The notes beneath the pieces were generated by a model. It saw nothing but the letters and a program-made list of their open reading frames with translations, was not told where the DNA came from and did no database searches. Shown piece after piece: positions 58,729 through 64,000 of a stretch of DNA of 64,000 nt; within the stretch, counting starts at the first letter, position 1; the number at the start of each line of letters is the position of its first letter. Both the position numbers and the translations under genes were made by a program. This DNA comes from Candidatus Omnitrophota bacterium. Lineage in GTDB: Bacteria; Omnitrophota; Gorgyraeia; Zapsychrales; JANLHA01. Location: the NCBI GenBank assembly GCA_029560465.1, contig JAKQKX010000073.1:15411-79410 (forward strand). The letters are read 5' to 3'.

Positions 58729-59817
58729 ATGAAAATCAAAATTAGTAAAGAAAAATTATTAGAAAGCATCCAAATCGTACAAAATATCGTTTCATCCAAA
58801 ACAACACTTCCTATCCTTTCTAATATATTATTAGAAACAAAAGGAAAAGAATTAAAAGTAAACACAACCGATTTGGATATTGGTATTTCCTGTGGAATAC
58901 CTGTAGATATTATTGAAGAAGGGTCAATAACAATTCCAGCAAAAAGATTTAGCGATATTGTCAAAGAATTACCCTCTGGGGATATTTCTATTCATGTGAA
59001 AAAAAATAATCAGGTTGACATTGATGGAGAAAAATGCCGTTTTAAATTATTGGGGTTGCCTCGGGAAGAATTTCCAAAATTTCCGGAATTTAAAGACAGG
59101 GAAGTGATTAAAATAGAGCAGGCTGTTTTAAAGGAAATGATCCGCTTGACATCTTTCGCTGTTTCTCATGAAGAAACCCGATATATTTTAAATGGTATTT
59201 TAATAGAAATTAATGATAGTAACATAAAAATGGTTGCCACGGATGGAAAAAGGTTGGCAAAGGCTGACGATAAAATTTTAACACCAACTAAAAAAGAAAT
59301 TTCGGTCATTGTTCCTATAAAAGCAATACAAGAAATCTTTCGGAATTTACATGATGAAGGGGAAGTTTCCTTTGTTGTTGGAAATAATCAAGTTTTGTTT
59401 GATATTGACGGAATTTTAATAGCAACCCGGATTATAGAAGGGGATTTCCCAAATTATAATCAAGTTATTCCAAGCCCAATGACAACAAAAATAAAAATTC
59501 ATACACAACAATTTTTAAGCGCTATTCGTCGGGCTAATTTGCTTTCTACTCCGGATTTTCAGGCGATTAAGTTCGAAGTTTTTTCTGACAAGATCGTTGT
59601 TTCTAAAATTACTCCCGATGTCGGGGAATCCCGGGAAGAGGTCCCTATTCAGTATAGCGGAAAAGAGTTGGTAGTCGGGTTTAATCCGCAGTTTTTTATA
59701 GATGTTTTAAAAAATATTAACAGTAATAATATTGATTTAGAATTGTTGGGTCCGGATAAAGCCGCGGTGATTCGGCAGGAAAACTATTTGTATTTGGCTT
59801 TACCTATGCGCATATGA
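58729..59817 (+). CDS. dnaN: DNA polymerase III beta sliding clamp
   Basis: The 362-aa ORF reads MKIKISKEKLLESIQIVQNIVSSKTTLPILSNILLE and has a three-domain clamp architecture. Confidence 0.9.
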   Translation: MKIKISKEKLLESIQIVQNIVSSKTTLPILSNILLETKGKELKVNTTDLDIGISCGIPVDIIEEGSITIPAKRFSDIVKELPSGDISIHVKKNNQVDIDGEKCRFKLLGLPREEFPKFPEFKDREVIKIEQAVLKEMIRLTSFAVSHEETRYILNGILIEINDSNIKMVATDGKRLAKADDKILTPTKKEISVIVPIKAIQEIFRNLHDEGEVSFVVGNNQVLFDIDGILIATRIIEGDFPNYNQVIPSPMTTKIKIHTQQFLSAIRRANLLSTPDFQAIKFEVFSDKIVVSKITPDVGESREEVPIQYSGKELVVGFNPQFFIDVLKNINSNNIDLELLGPDKAAVIRQENYLYLALPMRI

Positions 59818-59829
59818 AAAATTGACAGC

Positions 59830-62573
<2,744 letters not shown>

Positions 62574-62640
62574 GCAATGTTTTTGTGCCAGAGCGAGAAC
62601 AGAGACACAAGAGCCCTATAAAAGAAAGGTGTTTATTTAG

Positions 62641-64000
62641 ATGGACAGCGCACCCATAAAAGAAAAAATAATTCCTGTTTATATAGAAGAAGAAATGAAA
62701 AGCTCGTATCTTTCTTACTCCATGAGCGTTATTGTGGGGCGAGCTTTGCCCGATGTTCGCGACGGCCTTAAGCCGGTGCACCGGCGGATCCTTTATGCCA
62801 TGAAAAGCCTGGGCTTGGATTCCGGCAAGCCTTTTAAAAAGAGCGCAACCATTGTCGGGGAGGTTTTAGGTAAATATCATCCTCATGGAGATGCGGCGGT
62901 TTATGAGACGATGGTTCGCATGGTGCAAGATTTTTCTCTGCGTTACCCGTTGATAAACGGACAAGGGAATTATGGATCTATCGACGGGGACAGTGCGGCA
63001 GCTTATCGATACACGGAAGCGCGTTTGGCGTCCATCTCCGAAGAGATGTTGAAAGACATTGATAAAAACACGGTGGATTTTTCTCCGAATTTTGATGGGA
63101 GCACGAAAGAGCCGGAGGTTCTGCCTTCAGGTATTCCCAACTTACTTGTGAATGGCTCTAGCGGGATTGCCGTTGGGATGGCGACGAACATGGCTCCGCA
63201 CAATTTAAGCGAAGTCATAGACGGGCTGATTTTTTTTATTGACAATCCAGAAGCTAAAGTTAAAGAGCTTCTGAAATATATTAAAGGCCCGGATTTCCCG
63301 ACGGGGGGCATTATTTGCGGCAAGGAGGGCATCCGGGACGCTTATGAAACCGGCAGGGGGAAGCTTTTGGTGCGGGCGAAAGCCGCGGTGGAACGGCAGA
63401 AGGGAAGCAAAGACACCATTATTATAACGGAATTGCCCTATCAGGTTAACAAGGCCAATCTTGTTAAAGCCATCGCGGATCACATTTCGAATAAAAGTGT
63501 CGACGGCATTGTCGACATCAGAGACGAATCAGACAAGGACGGGATTCGGGTTGTTATCGAGCTGCGTCGAGATGTTCAGCCACAGCTGATTTTGAATTAT
63601 TTATATAAGCACACACAGCTGGAAACGACATTTGGGATCATCAACCTGGCCCTGGTGAACAATAGCCCCAAGGTCTTGTCTTTGAGGCAACTTCTGAGCC
63701 AGTATATTAATCATCGCAGGATTGTTGTGCGCCGAAGAACACAGTTTGATCTTGAAAAGGCCTTGAAGAGGGCCCATATTTTAGAAGGGTTGCGCATAGC
63801 GGTTAAATTTATTGACGAAATCATCCAGCTCATCCGCTCGTCTAAAAGTACACCGGAAGCCAAGATAAAGCTCATGAAGCGGTTTAGCCTTTCCGAGATT
63901 CAGGCGCAAGCCATTTTGGAAATGCAATTGCAGCGATTAACGGCTTTGGAACGCAATAAAATAGAAGAAGAGTATAAAGAGTTGTTGAAAGATATTGAGC
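62641..64000 (+). CDS. gyrA: DNA gyrase subunit A (5' partial, continues beyond the window)
   Basis: I translated this from the ATG at 62641 by hand. It reads [23 protein letters not shown]...[18 protein letters not shown]...[11 protein letters not shown] with no stop before 64000. Confidence 0.9.
   Translation, partial: MDSAPIKEKIIPVYIEEEMKSSYLSYSMSVIVGRALPDVRDGLKPVHRRILYAMKSLGLDSGKPFKKSATIVGEVLGKYHPHGDAAVYETMVRMVQDFSLRYPLINGQGNYGSIDGDSAAAYRYTEARLASISEEMLKDIDKNTVDFSPNFDGSTKEPEVLPSGIPNLLVNGSSGIAVGMATNMAPHNLSEVIDGLIFFIDNPEAKVKELLKYIKGPDFPTGGIICGKEGIRDAYETGRGKLLVRAKAAVERQKGSKDTIIITELPYQVNKANLVKAIADHISNKSVDGIVDIRDESDKDGIRVVIELRRDVQPQLILNYLYKHTQLETTFGIINLALVNNSPKVLSLRQLLSQYINHRRIVVRRRTQFDLEKALKRAHILEGLRIAVKFIDEIIQLIRSSKSTPEAKIKLMKRFSLSEIQAQAILEMQLQRLTALERNKIEEEYKELLKDIE

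Overview
This 64-kb window is a chromosomal segment that spans the replication origin of a diderm bacterium; the TolC-type outer-membrane channel and RND efflux system place it among diderms. Nearly all genes between about 2.1 kb and 56.8 kb lie on the minus strand, and all genes from dnaA (57232) onward lie on the plus strand. The 445-bp AT-rich rpmH–dnaA spacer carries DnaA boxes, so oriC sits at about 56.8–57.2 kb.

Blocks I can recognise, in order:
- A c-di-GMP and two-component signalling neighbourhood: a PAS-PAS-GAF-GGDEF protein, response regulators, a DsbA-like oxidoreductase, a GT-C glycosyltransferase and a CDF transporter.
- glnS.
- An unusual operon fusing LarE and LarB (nickel-pincer cofactor biosynthesis) with a cupin, a SAM methyltransferase, a radical SAM/SPASM enzyme and a small membrane protein. 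No LarC or LarA is present in the window.
- A complete Pho regulon: phoB-phoR-pstS-pstC-pstA-pstB-pstB'-phoU.
- A nitroreductase-like protein, a patatin phospholipase and a 6-phosphofructokinase.
- A B12-binding radical SAM gene co-oriented with and upstream of tetR-tolC-MFP-RND.
- tRNA-Gln and gltX.
- A PilZ protein, ymdB, rny, a 5-FTHF cyclo-ligase and rarA.
- pheST, trkHA, rplT-rpmI-infC-thrS, then a tRNA-Val/Leu/Cys cluster.
- coaC, rpoZ, gmk, yicC, parB, parA, a Jag_N-only protein, yidC, yidD and rpmH (no rnpA), then oriC.
- dnaA, dnaN, a DUF721 gene, gyrB and the 5' part of gyrA.

Base composition falls from about 55–62% GC over most of the window to about 32–45% GC in the last ~13 kb around the origin. 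I saw no CRISPR arrays, transposases or integrases.
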